A DNA stretch of 64,000 nt from Eledone cirrhosa (GCA_964016885.1 OZ024764.1:16492001-16556000), one strand, 5' to 3'; counted from the first letter of the stretch, positions 1 through 13,996 are shown. The notes: generated by a model from the letters alone, not told the origin. Numbers and translations are program-made.

Positions 1-335
1 TCTGAATTGAGAGATCACAGCTCTGGCATCAGTGATGCTGAGTCGTGTTAGAAAGCTGCTCACAGATCTGGAATCAGTGATGCTGAGTCGTGTTAGAAAG
101 CTGCTCACAGATCTGGAATCAGTGATGTTGAGTTGTTAGAAAGCTGCTCACAGATCTGGAATCAGTGATGCTGAGTCGTGTTAGAAAGCTGCTCACAGAT
201 CTGGAATCAGTGATGCTGAGTTGTTAGAAAGCTGCTCACAGATCTGGAATCAGTGATGCTGAGTCGTGTTAGAAAGCTGCTCACAGATCTGGAATCAGTG
301 ATGTTGAACCCCTTTAGAAAGCTGCTCACAGATCT
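1..335. repeat. 43-45 bp minisatellite, about 7 copies
   Basis: Repeated unit GTTAGAAAGCTGCTCACAGATCTGGAATCAGTGATGCTGAGT(CG)T. The first ~25 nt match the 65-bp LINE-derived unit seen at 46.7-48.8 kb. Confidence 0.9.
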
Positions 336-735
336 GTAGAAAGTTAGAAAAAAAGTAATACACTACTTATGATTTTAAAACTATTTTGAAAATAATCAAG
401 AATCTTGAGGGCTTTAGAATTATAACTAAGTTTCTCATTAAGTTGGTGTTTGGAACTAAAAATGGGTTTGTTCATTCAAATGTTTATAGTGTCTTTATTA
501 GTGGACAGATATCTGTGAAAATTTGCAGTATTAAGAACTAATTTTTCAATGTGGTGAGTCATTCTTTCTAAATAGTACATAAGCAATGACTCAGCAGATA
601 AGTAAGGATTTAGTAGTTGATGAGCAATGATTTAACCGATAATAAGTAATGATTTAGTAGATGATAACTAAAAACAAGTTAATTTAAATGTTTATAGTAT
701 CTTTACTGGTGGACCGATTATGACAATTTGCAGTA

Positions 736-950
736 TTAACCCTTTAGCATTTACATTACCCTATATTTACTATTACAGTTTTACGTTAAAGGCTTTATCT
801 CACATAATATCGAATCTATAAGATTTTGATGTTATTTATTTTGAGGACAATACTGTAACATTAGTATGAGTGGCTGGTTACAGCCAGTTAGAACAGAAGA
901 GGTGAAAGAATTCTGGCTGGATACAGCCAGTTTAAATGCTAAGGGGTTAA
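736..950 (+). mobile_element. piggyBac-type MITE (~210 bp)
   Basis: TTAA|CCCTTTAGCATTTA ... TAAATGCTAAGGGG|TTAA terminal inverted repeats with TTAA flanks; many copies in the window. Confidence 0.8.
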
Positions 951-1230
951 GGACTGATTTCATTCTTACTGTGCGAACCTTGGCAGCAAACCTATCCAGT
1001 GCATGTCAGAGACCCAGAAGTTGACATCAAGTAAGATGGTTGGATAACAGGCCTCCCCTGGGGGTAGTTGATTTATATAGGCACCCCTGGGGGTAGTTGA
1101 TTTATATAGGCACCCCTGGGGGTAGTTGCTTTATATAGGCACCCCTGGAATATGTAGGTGAAGGAGAGAAAAAATAATTTTTAATGTGATGCAGTTATTA
1201 TTTTTCTAAAGGTTACAGAAGCAATATTAA

Positions 1231-1447
1231 TTAACTCTTAAACATCCACATTACTCTACATTTTCACGGTAAAGGCTTTACCTTACATAATTATCTCGCA
1301 TAATATCGAATCTACGAGATTTTAATATTTATTTATTTTTAGAACAATACCTTAACATCAGTATGAGTGGCCGGTTACAGCCGGTTTGAGCAGAAAGAGG
1401 TGAGGGAATTCTGGCCGGATATGGCTGGTTTAAATGCTAAAGGGTTA
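1231..1447 (+). mobile_element. piggyBac-type MITE copy, degenerate left end
   Basis: Same internal sequence and right end TAAATGCTAAAGGGTTA as 736-950. Confidence 0.7.
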
Positions 1448-2182
1448 TGTCTTAATTAACACACTGTAATGACTTAGTAGAAAGATATCTAAAAACAAGT
1501 TTAATTCAAATATTTAGTGTCTTTACTATTGAGTACATTGTTGTGAAAACTTGTATATTAGTATAAACATTTTAATTTTTAATGTGATGTATATGTAAAG
1601 TTGTTTACCAAGTCTTAACACCCTGTAATGATTTAGCAGAAAATATCTAAAACCAAGTTTGTTAATTCAAATGTTTATAGTATATTTACTAGTGGACAGA
1701 TTGTTGTGAACATTTGCAGTATCAAAGTCTTCAGTATTTAATGTGATGTAGTCATAGTGCTGTTTTGTTATTTTCAAGAATGTCTTGCTAATGTGGTTTG
1801 ATGTGGTACAGGATGTTACAACTTTATCTTGGATTTTCTAATTGACACAGTGTTGTGCATAACTGTTTATTTTTTTAAATAATCATATTGCCAACGAATG
1901 CACGCTATTCAGTTAAGTTCTGTTTATGTTTGACATAGTGTTGTGCTATAAGTTTCTCTTTGTCGAAAGATAAGTATACTTGTCTTCTAATAAACAGCCA
2001 ACTAAGTGTGAAACATGTAAAGGCAATCGCTACATTTTTATGTATACAAAGAAAATATGAAAAATGTATATAAATTTGTTTAGATTTTCACAGCGAAGCT
2101 TATAATTTAAGAACTTTCTAGCCATGCCAAACTGAGGTCAGTAAACCAGATGAGTTATTTGGGCTGAGCTTATAATTTTAAG

Positions 2183-2450
2183 GTGGAAGCGCATGGTCTA
2201 GTGGTAAGCATGTTGAGCTTATGATCATAATTTTGTGAGTTTGATTCTTGGAATGCATTGTGTTGTGTTCTTGAGCAAAACACGTTGTTCCAGTATACTC
2301 ATCTGAAAATGAGTACCAGCAATAGTTAGGGGTTTAACCCCTGCAATGGCCAAGCGTTCTTTCTCGGGGTAGTCTTCAACTCTCAGTTGCTTCACGTCAC
2401 AGGAACCTGGATAAGTAGTGACCTAATGAGTCACTGGGCGCAGACAGACT
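2183..2450 (+). mobile_element. tRNA-derived SINE
   Basis: Head GGAAGCGCATGGTCTAGTGG ... GAGTTTGATTC (A/B-box-like), related to copies at 41113, 59367 and 45900-46203. Confidence 0.65.
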
Positions 2451-2504
2451 TTAAACCTTTTTTTAATGATTTTAAGGACCTATTCTCTTCATTTTCTAGT
2501 TCTA

Positions 2505-2724
2505 TTAACCCTTTGGCATTTACATTACTCTATATTTACTATTGTAATGTTTGTGGTAAAGGCTTTACCTTACATAATTATCTCACATAATATCGAATCT
2601 ATGAGATTTAGATGTCGTTTATTTTGAGAACAATACTTTAACGTCAGTATGAGTGGCTGGATACAGCCGGTTTGAACAGAAAGAGGTGAGAAAATTCTGG
2701 CTGGTTTAAATGCTAAAGGGTTAA
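2505..2724 (+). mobile_element. piggyBac-type MITE copy
   Basis: TTAA|CCCTTTGGCATTTA ... TAAATGCTAAAGGG|TTAA. Confidence 0.8.
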
Positions 2725-2989
2725 TGTTACTTGTAAGTACATACACAATACACCTGTAACCTGAACATAAACCATTTTTATTTAGAAAAGATTATTAAAA
2801 TACTTAACTCTTTTCATAACAAACTACCTGAAACCTGTCATGGCATAAATATTTATCTGAAGACCTTCCATGATAATTTAATGTAAAAACCTTTCTTAAC
2901 TTCTTTCCAGCACTATATGAATATAGAAAGTTATATCACCAAATCCCTCCAATTTCTCGGTTTCTTTTTAAAATTATTCAAAAATTATT

Positions 2990-3750
2990 CACTAGAAATA
3001 TAATAACAAAAGGGTTAAAGTGTTTATATTTATTTAAAAACCTTCGATCATAATTTTATGTAAGAACCTTTGTTAAGTTATGTTCCAAACATCAACAGTG
3101 CCTTTCATTAGAAATATAATAACAAAAGGGTTAAAGTGTTTATATTTATTTAAAAACCTTCGATCATAATTTTATGTAAGAACCTTTGTTAAGTTATGTT
3201 CCAAACATCAACAGTGCCTTTCATTAGAAATATGGTAATGAAAGGGTTAAAGTGTTTATATTTATCTAAAAACCTTCCATCACAATTTTATGTAAGAACC
3301 TTTGTTAAGTTATGTTCCAAACATCAACAGTGCCTTTCATTAGAAATATGATAACCAAAGGGTTAAATTGTTTATATTTATTGTAAAATCTTACATCAAA
3401 GAACCTTTGTTAAGTTATGTTCCAAACACTAACAGTGTCTTTCATTAGAAATATGGTAATGAAAGGGTTAAAGTGTTTATATTTATCTAAAAACCTTCCA
3501 TCACAATTTTATGTAAGAACCTTTGTTAAGTTATGTTCCAAACATCAACAGTGTCTTTCAGTAGAAATATGGTAATGAAAGGGTTAAAGTGTTTATATTT
3601 ATTGTAAAATCTTACATCAAAGAACCTTTGTTAAGTTATGTTCCAAACACTAACAGTGTCTTTCATTAGAAATATGGTAATGAAAGGGTTAAAGTGTTTA
3701 TATTTATCTAAAAACCTTCCATCACAATTTTATGTAAGAACCTTTGTTGT
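2990..3750. repeat. Tandem ~105-116 bp repeat of a second TTAA/CCCTTT-ended element end
   Basis: About 7 units containing AGAAATATGGTAATGAAAGGGTTAAAGTGTTTATATT. A reverse-complement copy lies at ~12397. Confidence 0.75.
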
Positions 3751-4322
3751 CTTCCCAACATTATATAAATAAGAAGGTTAGTTAGATTATCAAATATTTC
3801 CAAATTCTTGATTATTTTCAAATTTATTCAAAAAACATTGGCAGTGTCTTTCATTCGAAGGAAATGGGTTCTGCCAAGCATTTCTAAGGCCCAGTGAAAT
3901 GCCATGATAATTGCAGTTAAACATCTAGAGTGGTACTCTGAAGACTGGCTGCACAAGATACAGGGACTAGGATGATTAATGGCTAGTGAAACAAAACCTG
4001 TCGATTTTAAAGGGTTACTATTTAAATTAAAATCTTCCAACATAATTTTATATAAGAATAATATGTTATGTTGTTGTAGTTGTGAAATAATTAATTTTAT
4101 ATCAACCCAGCTTAAAACCAACCCTAATTCTATGAAATGAAACCACCCATTTTAGAAGGTTCCTATTTATATTAAAATCTTCCAACATAATTTTATATAA
4201 GAACCATTTGTTAAATTATTATCTTACTGAAATAATTAATAATTTGATACCAACTTGACCAAAATCGGCCTTTGTTCTATACAGCAAAACCTCTTCCCCT
4301 CTCAATTTAAAAACATTCCTAT

Positions 4323-4538
4323 TTAACTCTTTAGTATTTACAATACTCCATATTTACTATTATATTTTCACGGTAAACCCTTTATCTCACTTAATGTTGA
4401 ATCCATGAGATTTCGATATTGTTAATTTTGAGAACAATACCTTAACATTAGTTTGAGCGACCGGTTACAGCCAGTTTGAACAGAAAGAGGTGAGGGAATT
4501 CTGACCAGATACGGCTGGTTTAAATGCTAAAGGGTTAA
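4323..4538 (+). mobile_element. piggyBac-type MITE copy
   Basis: TTAACTCTTTAGTATTTA ... TAAATGCTAAAGGGTTAA. Confidence 0.75.
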
Positions 4539-5099
4539 ATTAAAATATTTCAGAATAATTTTACATAGAACTGTAAAATTACTATCTTAGAAAGGAAACA
4601 ATTAATAATTTTAGTAAACCCCTGAAATTTCTTCATTAATTAATTAAATGGAGTATATATCATTAGAAATACAGTTATGAAGGAATTTTCACTACTCCCC
4701 GAGCATCACATTTTGGTTGTTGTTGTTGTTGTTGCTACTGCTATTATTATTATTATTGTTGTTGTTGTTGCTGTGTTAGTTCAATGTTTACTTATTTATC
4801 TTTAATAAATTACAAGAGAATTAAATTAAATTAAATTAAATTTAATTGAAAACTAAATCTGTTAATGAATTGTTTCTTTCTGTCATCTATCAGACTCTTT
4901 CTTTGTAGTGATGGTCATGGGCGGTGTATTTACTTTTTTAATGTAAATTTAAAAAAATAAACAATCTGAAATAATATTTAATTATTTTTAAAACCAAACA
5001 TGGGGAATAGAAAAGAAAGAGATATAGAAACAAAGAAACAAGCAATTTCGTTACCAGACTATTATTATTATCATTATTATCATTATTAATATTATTATG

Positions 5100-5217
5100 A
5101 AATTCTATATATAATGTATGTATTATAATATATATATATATATGTATGTGTGTATATATATAATTATATGTATATATAAATATATATGTGTGTATATATA
5201 TATATATATGTGTATAT

Positions 5218-5277
<60 letters not shown>

Positions 5278-5312
5278 CTATATATGTATGTATATAACTA
5301 TATATATATAAC

Positions 5313-5344
<32 letters not shown>

Positions 5345-5368
5345 ACTATATATATAAAACTATATATG

Positions 5369-5409
<41 letters not shown>

Positions 5410-5620
5410 CTATATATGTATGTATATATATATATATATATATATAAAACTATATATATATGTATATTTATGTATATATATCTATATATATTTATGTATA
5501 TATATATATATCTATATATATATATATATTTATGTATATATATATATATCTATATATATATATATATTTATGTATATATATATATATCTATATATATATC
5601 TATATATATATATATATATT

Positions 5621-5665
<45 letters not shown>

Positions 5666-5670
5666 TTTAT
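5100..5670. repeat. (TA)n-rich microsatellite field
   Basis: Direct reading. Confidence 0.95.
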
Positions 5671-5684
5671 ATAACGTGTGTATA

Positions 5685-6890
5685 GGAGGGGTGCTGAAAA
5701 GTTCCTGGCTTTGTGTAAAAGAAAATACAGGAGGATCAGTTAATTATGATTTTATTAAACATATTCCCCTCTCAGATTCACACACCTATTGCAGTGGTCC
5801 TTCAGTTTTTCTAAGCCCTGTAAAAAGAACTCGGATATTTGGGCCTCCTACTAGGCCTGTGTAGGAGCTATCCCTTCCAAATCCGAGTGAAATTTTGTTC
5901 TCTTGAGATGTTCCTTCAGTTGTGGAAAACATTGATAGTCAGATGGGGCCAAGTCAGAAGCCAAAGTTGTGTATTTTCCGTAGAGTTTGATGTGCTGTAT
6001 GTGCTGGTGCATTGTCCTGCAAAAACAGGACATCACAGCTCAGTTTTCAATGGCATTTCTGTCTTCAAAGCTGCACATAGTTCGTCCAACACAGACATGT
6101 TGTATTCTGTGTCAATGGTGGAATGCTTTGCCAGGTATTTTATGAGGAGTGCTTCGTCTTTGTCCCAGAACACCGCTGAAGCTAGAATCTTTCCAGCTGA
6201 CTTCTGGAATGTGGTGAAATGCTGTGGCACCACTACATTTGATTGTTGCTTGGTATAGGGATCATAATGATGAAACCAAGTTTCATCCATGGTGACTAAA
6301 CGAGCCATAAAATCTGCCTCCTCCGCTGGAAACTGGTCCAAAATCACCTCTGATGTGCTTCTGATCTGTATTTGGGCATTTCAGCACCCATTTTTCAGAA
6401 AGCATTCTCATGTCTAGAATGTTGTAGGAAATCCCCAGAGTCTTGGGCATGACTTTAACTGAAATCTAGCGACCCTCAAGAATCTTGATCTGCACAGCAT
6501 CGGGTTTTGTCCTCTTTGGTCGTGGAAGATGGCCGTCCCGCCCGAGGTTCGTCTGTGACCTTAAAATAACCTGTCCGGAAGCTTTACAGTGGTGTAAGAT
6601 GGGCAGCCGCCATCCTTTCAAGACTTTCTTCGTCTTACCATACATTTCTGCCACTTGTTTGCCTACAAGGAGAGGAACTTCATGACCATGCATGCTTCAA
6701 TTTTACCAAAATCCACTGAAGGAGCCGCCATCTTACATTAATTCTGCAAAAACGAGAAAGATATATTGTATACCATCCTGATGTTTTGCACACCATCTCC
6801 TAAATTGTTGTCCTATCTCCCCTATAAAAGTAACAGTGGTACCCTTTTGTGGTACCCTTTTCTACCAGGAGCTTTTCAGCATACCCCTCG
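5685..6890 (-). mobile_element. Decayed full-length mariner (Tc1/mariner) transposon
   Basis: TIRs GGAGGGGTGCTGAAAAGTTCCTGG (5685) and CCAGGAGCTTTTCAGCATACCCCTCG (to 6890) are flanked by TA. Minus-strand transposase remnants read DEPRAGRPS, RLVTMDETWFHHYDP, KSAGKILASAVFWD and SDLAPSDYQCFPQLKEHL, with stops and frameshifts. Confidence 0.9.
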
Positions 6891-7129
6891 TATAATGTAT
6901 GTATTATAATATATATGTATATATAATGTGTAGTTATAATTATATGTATACATATAATGTAGTTATAATAATAATAATAATAATATATATATATATAATT
7001 TATGTAGTTATATGTATACATGTATGTATGTAGTTATAGTAATATATATGTATACATACAATGTATGTATTATATATATATAATGTATGTATTATATATA
7101 TATATATGTATATATATATATAATGTATG

Positions 7130-7163
<34 letters not shown>

Positions 7164-7178
7164 TATATATAATGTATG

Positions 7179-7225
<47 letters not shown>

Positions 7226-7235
7226 ATGTATGTAT

Positions 7236-7273
<38 letters not shown>

Positions 7274-7576
7274 ATGTATGTATTATATATAATGTATGTA
7301 TTATATATAATGTATGTATTATATATATATATATGTGTATATATATATATGTATATATATATAATGTATGTATATATATATCTATGTATATATATAATGT
7401 ATGTATTATATATATATATGTATATATATATATAATGTATGTATTATATATATGTATGTATATATATATGTATGTATATATACATATAATGTATGTATTA
7501 TAATATATATGTATGTATATAATGTATGTATTATAATATATATATATATATATACATATATATACAATACATACAT

Positions 7577-7628
<52 letters not shown>

Positions 7629-7629
7629 C

Positions 7630-7667
<38 letters not shown>

Positions 7668-7815
7668 GTGTGTATATATATATATATAATACATACATTA
7701 TATATATATACATATATATACATATATATACATACATATATATATATATATATATGTGTATATATATATATATATAATACATACATTATATATATATACA
7801 TATATATACATATAT

Positions 7816-7848
<33 letters not shown>

Positions 7849-7865
7849 TATATGTGTATATATAT
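6891..7865. repeat. (TA)n/(TATG)n microsatellite field
   Basis: Direct reading; source of spurious YI-rich ORFs. Confidence 0.95.
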
Positions 7866-7908
7866 TTGAGTTTGTGCTATTCTGAGCGTGGGTTCATTTC
7901 CGTTGCAG

Positions 7909-8753
7909 TCGAGGAAATGAAAGATGCTGTTGAGGAAGAGAGCCACGAAGAAGAGCTTCCTGATGGATCGAAAGTGAAACACAAGCTGATGCGAGTCCGC
8001 TCGGAGAGCATAGACAAGCAGCTGACAGAGAAGCTGGTGAAAGTTGTTGAGAAACAGAAAGCCCCGAAGGAGCAAACGACAGTGGAAGATTTCGAGACTG
8101 TCCTGCCGGATGGCACGATTCACCGGGTGCACAAAGTGATCAGGCACTCGGTGACACACATTGAACGCGAGCACCAGCACGAGGGCAAGGTGGAGAAGGT
8201 GTTTGACGGCGACGTCAAAATCCCAGGCTCTGAATCGCAGGAGACCCTGGAGACGTTTGAACGTCCACCCCACCCAGAGACGATCATCGAGCAGGTGGAG
8301 GAGGTCCTTCCTTCCGGTCAGGTGCAGAAGCGCAAGATCATCAAAAACCGAATGATCCACAACATAAAAACGCGGCACGAGTCGTTTGGTATTGACCTTG
8401 GCCAGCAGAATGAGGAGTACGAGATTGATGAGGTGATACCGGGCACGGAGACCTGTTTCTACGCCGACATCGACGACGACGACTCTGCAAACTCCTCCTG
8501 CAGCGAGATTGAGGACATGGAGGAAGAGAGCGACACCAAAAAAACTGACCTCGGCTGTGTAGAGGAGGTGCAAGAGGACGGCACGATAGTGACAAAGGAG
8601 ATTGTCGAGACCCGCACGACCACCACGAGGACTCTGCACTCCCGTTCCGGCTCTATGGACAAGGAGACCACTGAATCTGTAATTACAGAAGAATTCATCA
8701 CACCTACTCCTAGTCCGAGATCTGGTTCACCAGTTGATGAGCCGAAGAAGTGA
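7909..8753 (+). CDS. Terminal coding exon of an upstream gene; acidic tail resembling an ankyrin C-terminal region
   Basis: Acceptor ttccgttgcag at 7908, then a GC-rich open frame of ~280 codons to TGA 8753. Repeated E(E/T)xLPDG-type motifs; [15 protein letters not shown] recalls the ankyrin tail motif DEQGNIVTKKII. Coding status is strong, identity tentative. Confidence 0.75.
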
Positions 8754-8875
8754 GAAAGACGACGACAACAACAACAACAACAACAACAGCAGCAGCAGCA
8801 GCAAGAAAAATTACACATAAAACAAAATTTAAAAAAAAAAGTATTTTAAAAATATTAATTAAAAGTTTTCCCTAT

Positions 8876-8911
<36 letters not shown>

Positions 8912-9299
8912 TACATACGCACACGCAAACAAAAACACAAACAGACATACAAGCTGGATTTAAAGAAAAGATAAAAAAAGAAAATTTTGCAGGGGTTTAA
9001 GGGCAAAATAAATATTATTGTTATAATTATTATTATTATTGATGCAGATGAATATACCAGAAAAATATTTAAAAGTTAAAAAAAAAAAATGTTAAAACTT
9101 TAAAAAATATATATAAAAAAAAAATATTACAGAACATAAAACAGCCCCCAAAAAAAAAGATTTAAAAAAATCCTTCAAAAGAAAAAAAAATAACATTAAA
9201 ATATGTTGTCTAAAAAATGGAAAGAAAAGAATTTGTGTAGTTGGGGTGGCATGGACAAAAGTTAGTAGATATAAATCTTTGAGTCTTTGCTAAGAAAAA

Positions 9300-9449
9300 A
9301 GGTGAAACGTTATATACATACATACGCATACACAGACATATATATATATATACACATAAATGCATATGCACACATTTATATACATTAAATATATGGAAAA
9401 AAGTTGAAAGATTATACACATATATATATATATACATATTGAATATATA

Positions 9450-9481
<32 letters not shown>

Positions 9482-9934
9482 TGTATATATATATATAGGC
9501 TTCTGTATTATATACATATATTTTAAAATATATACATACATGAATACATGAAAGCATAATTATATATGTATTGATTATATAGAAAAAGTTAAAAAAAGTA
9601 TTCACTGTGTCTCTCACACACATACACACGCACACACATATATATACACACACACACATATATACATATATACACATATACACACATATATTGAATGTAT
9701 AGAAAATGTTGCAAATTCATATGATAAACATATATATATATATATACACATATACATACATATATATATATATATATATACACACACATATATATATTTA
9801 ATTATAAAGAATCAAAAACAAAGCATATCCCCTCCTTTCTGGTACTATTTTATTTAAAAACCAAACAACCAACCACTTTATCACTATTAAATAGTTTCTG
9901 TCTGTCTGTCTGACTGTCTCTCTGTCTGTCTCTC

Positions 9935-9967
<33 letters not shown>

Positions 9968-11094
9968 GTCTGTTTAAATTGTTTTATGGTATGAACACCC
10001 CCTCCCCTCAACATTATTTCATTTATATTCACACTTGATATATATATATATATATATACATGTGTGTGTATGTATGTATATATATGCATGTGTGTGTATG
10101 TATGTATGTGTATATATATATATATATATATATACATGTGTGTGTGTATGTATGTATATATATGCATGTGTGTGTGTATGTATGTATATATATGCATGTG
10201 TGTGTGTATGTATGTATATATATGCATGTGTGTGTATGTATGTATATATATGCATGTGTGTGTATGTATATATAGATATGCATGTGTGTGTATGTATATA
10301 TATAGATATACATGTGTGTATGTATATATATATATATATATACATGTGTGTATGTATATATATATATATATACATGTGTGTATGTATATATATATATGTC
10401 TGTGTGTATGTATATATATATATGTCTGTATGTGGTCATTGATGTATCTGTATGTGTGTGTGTGTATGTATATATGTATATACATGTGTGTATGTATATA
10501 TATATATGTCTGTGTGTGTGTGTATGTGGTCATTGATGTATCTGTATGTATGTTTGTGTGTATATATGTATATACATGTGTGTATGTATATATATGTCTG
10601 TGTGTGTATGTATATATGTATATACATGTGTATGTATATATATATATGTCTGTCTGTATGTATATATGTATATACATGTGTGTATGTATATATATGTCTG
10701 TGTGTGTATGTATATATGTATATACATGTGTATGTATATATATATATGTCTGTCTGTATGTATATATGTATATACATGTGTGTATGTATATATATGTCTG
10801 TGTGTGTATGTGGTCATTGATGTATCTGTGTCTATGTATATATATATATATATATATATATGCCTGTGTGTGTGTGTATGTCGTCATCAATGTACCTGTG
10901 TGTGTGTGTATATATATATATAAACACACGCAGATACATCGATGTCTTATACATACATACATATATATACATATATACATACATATATGTGTGTGTGTTT
11001 GATTATGTCTCTGTGACTATACATATATACTTATTTACACATGTATACGTGTATAAATATATTTACGCACACACATGTGCATGCATATTTATAG

Positions 11095-11125
<31 letters not shown>

Positions 11126-11700
11126 TAAGTATATAGATATATTTACACACATCCAGATACTTAAGAGCATATATATGTGTGCAGATATATTTTGTGTGTG
11201 TATATAAATATCTTTGTGCGTACATGCTTACATATATACTTACACATATAAATGGGTGTTTGCATATATATGTGCAGATATATATATATATATATTATGT
11301 GTGTATATAAATATATTTAAATACAAACATACATATATACTTACACATATAAATGGGTGTTTGCATATATATGTGCAGATATATATATATATATATATAT
11401 TATGTGTGTATATAAATATATTTAAATACAAACATACATATATACTTACACATATAAATGGGTGTTTGCATATAAATGTGCAGATATATATATATATATA
11501 TTATGTGTGTATATAAATATATTTAAATACAAACATACATATATACTTACACTTATAAATGGGTGTTTGCATATAAATGTGCAGATATATATATATATGT
11601 ATATATTATGTGTGTATATAAATATATTTAAACACAAACATACATATATACTTACACATTCATATAAAAACACATGTACATGCAGCCACACATATAATGT
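9300..11700. repeat. Compound (TA)/(TG)/(CA) microsatellite and minisatellite field, possibly in a 3' UTR
   Basis: Direct reading. Confidence 0.9.
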
Positions 11701-11929
11701 CCCCAAGGCCAGTCAAATACCAAGAGAAATAACTCAATCCTGTTATAAAAGACAATAAAGTCCCTACTCTTCCTCTTATCTTCAAGTTTTATTTATTCGA
11801 TATAGTTGTCGTTGTTTAATACAACGCACGGTATCATCTGCTGTTGTTAAACTCTTAAATGTCCTGTACCACATGAAGTCATGTTAGCAAAACATTCTTG
11901 GAAAGTACAAACAGCACCATGACTGCATT

Positions 11930-12365
11930 GCATTAAGAACTAATTTTCACAACAATCTGTCCACTAGAAAAGATACTATAGACATTTGAATCAACAAATT
12001 TGTTTTTAGATATTTTCTGCTAATTTATTACAGGATATTAAGAGTTAATAATGCAAATTTTTACTACCTTCTGTCTACCAATGAAGATACTATAAACATT
12101 TGAATTAACAGGTCTGTTTTTTTTTTTTAAAGATATTTTCTAAATTATTACAGGATGTTAATTTTCACAACAATCTGTCCAATAGTAAAGATACTACAAA
12201 CATTTGAATTAACAAACTTGTTTTTTTAGATATTTTCTGCTAAATTATTACAGGGTGTTAAGAGATGATACTGCAAATTTTCACAACAATCTGTCCACTA
12301 GTAAAAACACTATAAACATTTGAATTAACAAAACTATTTTTTTAGATTTTTTTTTCTGCTAAATT
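11930..12365. repeat. ~120 bp dispersed/tandem repeat family
   Basis: Unit TTTTCACAACAATCTGTCCACTAGTAAAGATACTATAAACATTTGAATTAAC... occurs 3-4 times. Also at 58450-58585 and inverted at ~470-735 and ~1455-1740. Confidence 0.75.
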
Positions 12366-12620
12366 GTCTTGGGAATCATTTAGCTATGGTTGTTATTTAA
12401 CCCTTTCGTTACCATATTTCTAATCGAAGACATTGTTGCTGTTTGAAACATAACTTAACAAACGTTCTTAGATAAAATTATGATGGAAGATATTTAGATA
12501 AACAAACACTTTAAACCTTTCTTTACCACATTTCTAATGAAAGATACTATGATTTTCAAATAATTATTAAAATATTCAGGAATTTGTAAGAATTTAGTAA
12601 TATAATTACCTTTCTCATTA

Positions 12621-12827
12621 ATAACCCTTTAGCAATTATATTACTCTATATATACTATTATATTTTTGTGATAAAGGCTTTACCTCACATAATATCGAAT
12701 CTATGAAATTTTGATATTATTTATTTTGAGAACAAATAACTTAACATCAGTATGAGCGGCTGGTTACAGCCGGTTTGAATGGAAAGAGGTGAGAGAATTC
12801 TGGCCAGGTTAAATGCTAAAGGGTTAA
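12621..12827 (+). mobile_element. piggyBac-type MITE copy
   Basis: CCCTTTAGCA ... TAAATGCTAAAGGG|TTAA. Confidence 0.75.
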
Positions 12828-13226
12828 GCTGGTGTTTAGAACATAACAAAGGTTCTTATATGAAAATATGATAGAAAGGTTTTTAGATAACTATAAACCC
12901 TTTAAAATAAAATAAAAAAAGGCTTGTATTATTGATCAAAGATGGGTTTAATGTGGTTTAGTGTGAAGACAGTGGATCAAACATGCAGTATGTCACCTAC
13001 AGTAAGGAGGAAAGATAATATAGATCTTTAACGGATTTTTGGTGATAATTACAAATGACTATGAGAAACTGTTTTAGTATTTTACAACTCAGAATATCTA
13101 CACCAGACCTTGTATATATGTATGTATATATGTGTATGTGTGTATATATATATGTATGTATGTGTGTATCGTGGGTTCAAAAGGTACTCAATACATAGCA
13201 GAGTATATAATGTTTAAGATAGAAAT

Positions 13227-13278
13227 GGCTTCTACAGGACTAGAACTGTTTCATTTGAAGGAAATCATCAGGAAAGCC
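13227..13278 (-). ncRNA. Putative type I hammerhead ribozyme within a fold-back
   Basis: Minus strand reads GGCTTTC-CTGATGA-TTTCCTTCAAAT-GAAA-CAG TTCTAGTC CTG-TA-GAAGCC. Core is intact with a GUA site; stem II is weak. Confidence 0.6.
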
Positions 13279-13487
13279 CTGGTGATTTCCTTCAAATGAA
13301 ACAGTTCTAGTCCTGTAGAAGCCATTTCTATATTATATGTGTGCATATATATATGTGTGTGTGTGTAGGTAGGTATGTATGTATATGTGTGTGTATATAC
13401 TCTGTCACACACACACACAAACTCTGTTTAAGGCCATGCTTGAGTTTTATTTCTCTGAAATTTCTACAGTCTATACTAAGCATATAT

Positions 13488-13996
13488 ATATTGTTATACT
13501 TTGGGAGGGTCATGTTGCCAATAAGAAACACACGCACCAGTTGCTTTCACTCCAATTTATTATAAAATAAAATAAAAAAAATTTTTAATTATAAATTTCC
13601 GGAAATTTATTAAAAAAAATTTTTTTCAAGTTTTTTTTTATTTAAAAATAATTTTTTAATTAAAAAATTTTTTTTTTTAAATTCAAAAAAAAATTTTTTT
13701 TTAATCTAAAAAAAAAAAAATTTTTTTTTAATCTAAAAAAAAAAAAATTTTTTTTTAATCTAAAAAAAAAAAAATTTTTTTTTAATCTAAAAAAAAAAAA
13801 ATGTTTGTTTAATCTAAAAAAAAAAAAAATTTTTTTTTAATCTAAAAAAAAAAAAATTTTTTTTTTTAAATTAAAGAAATTTTTTTTTTTTTATTTTTTT
13901 ATTTTATTTTATTTTTTTTTTTAATAAATTGGAGTGAAATCAACTGGTGCGTGTGTTTCTTATTGGCAACATGACCCTCCCAAAGTATAACAATAT
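13488..13996. repeat. Long inverted repeat, ~80 bp arms around an A-run/T-run tandem spacer
   Basis: ATATTGTTATACTTTGGGAGGG...CTCCAATTTATT mirrored at 13922-13996. Confidence 0.9.

Noticed and set aside
7698-8639. 313-aa minus-strand ORF
   Set aside because: Antisense shadow of the GC-rich + strand exon.
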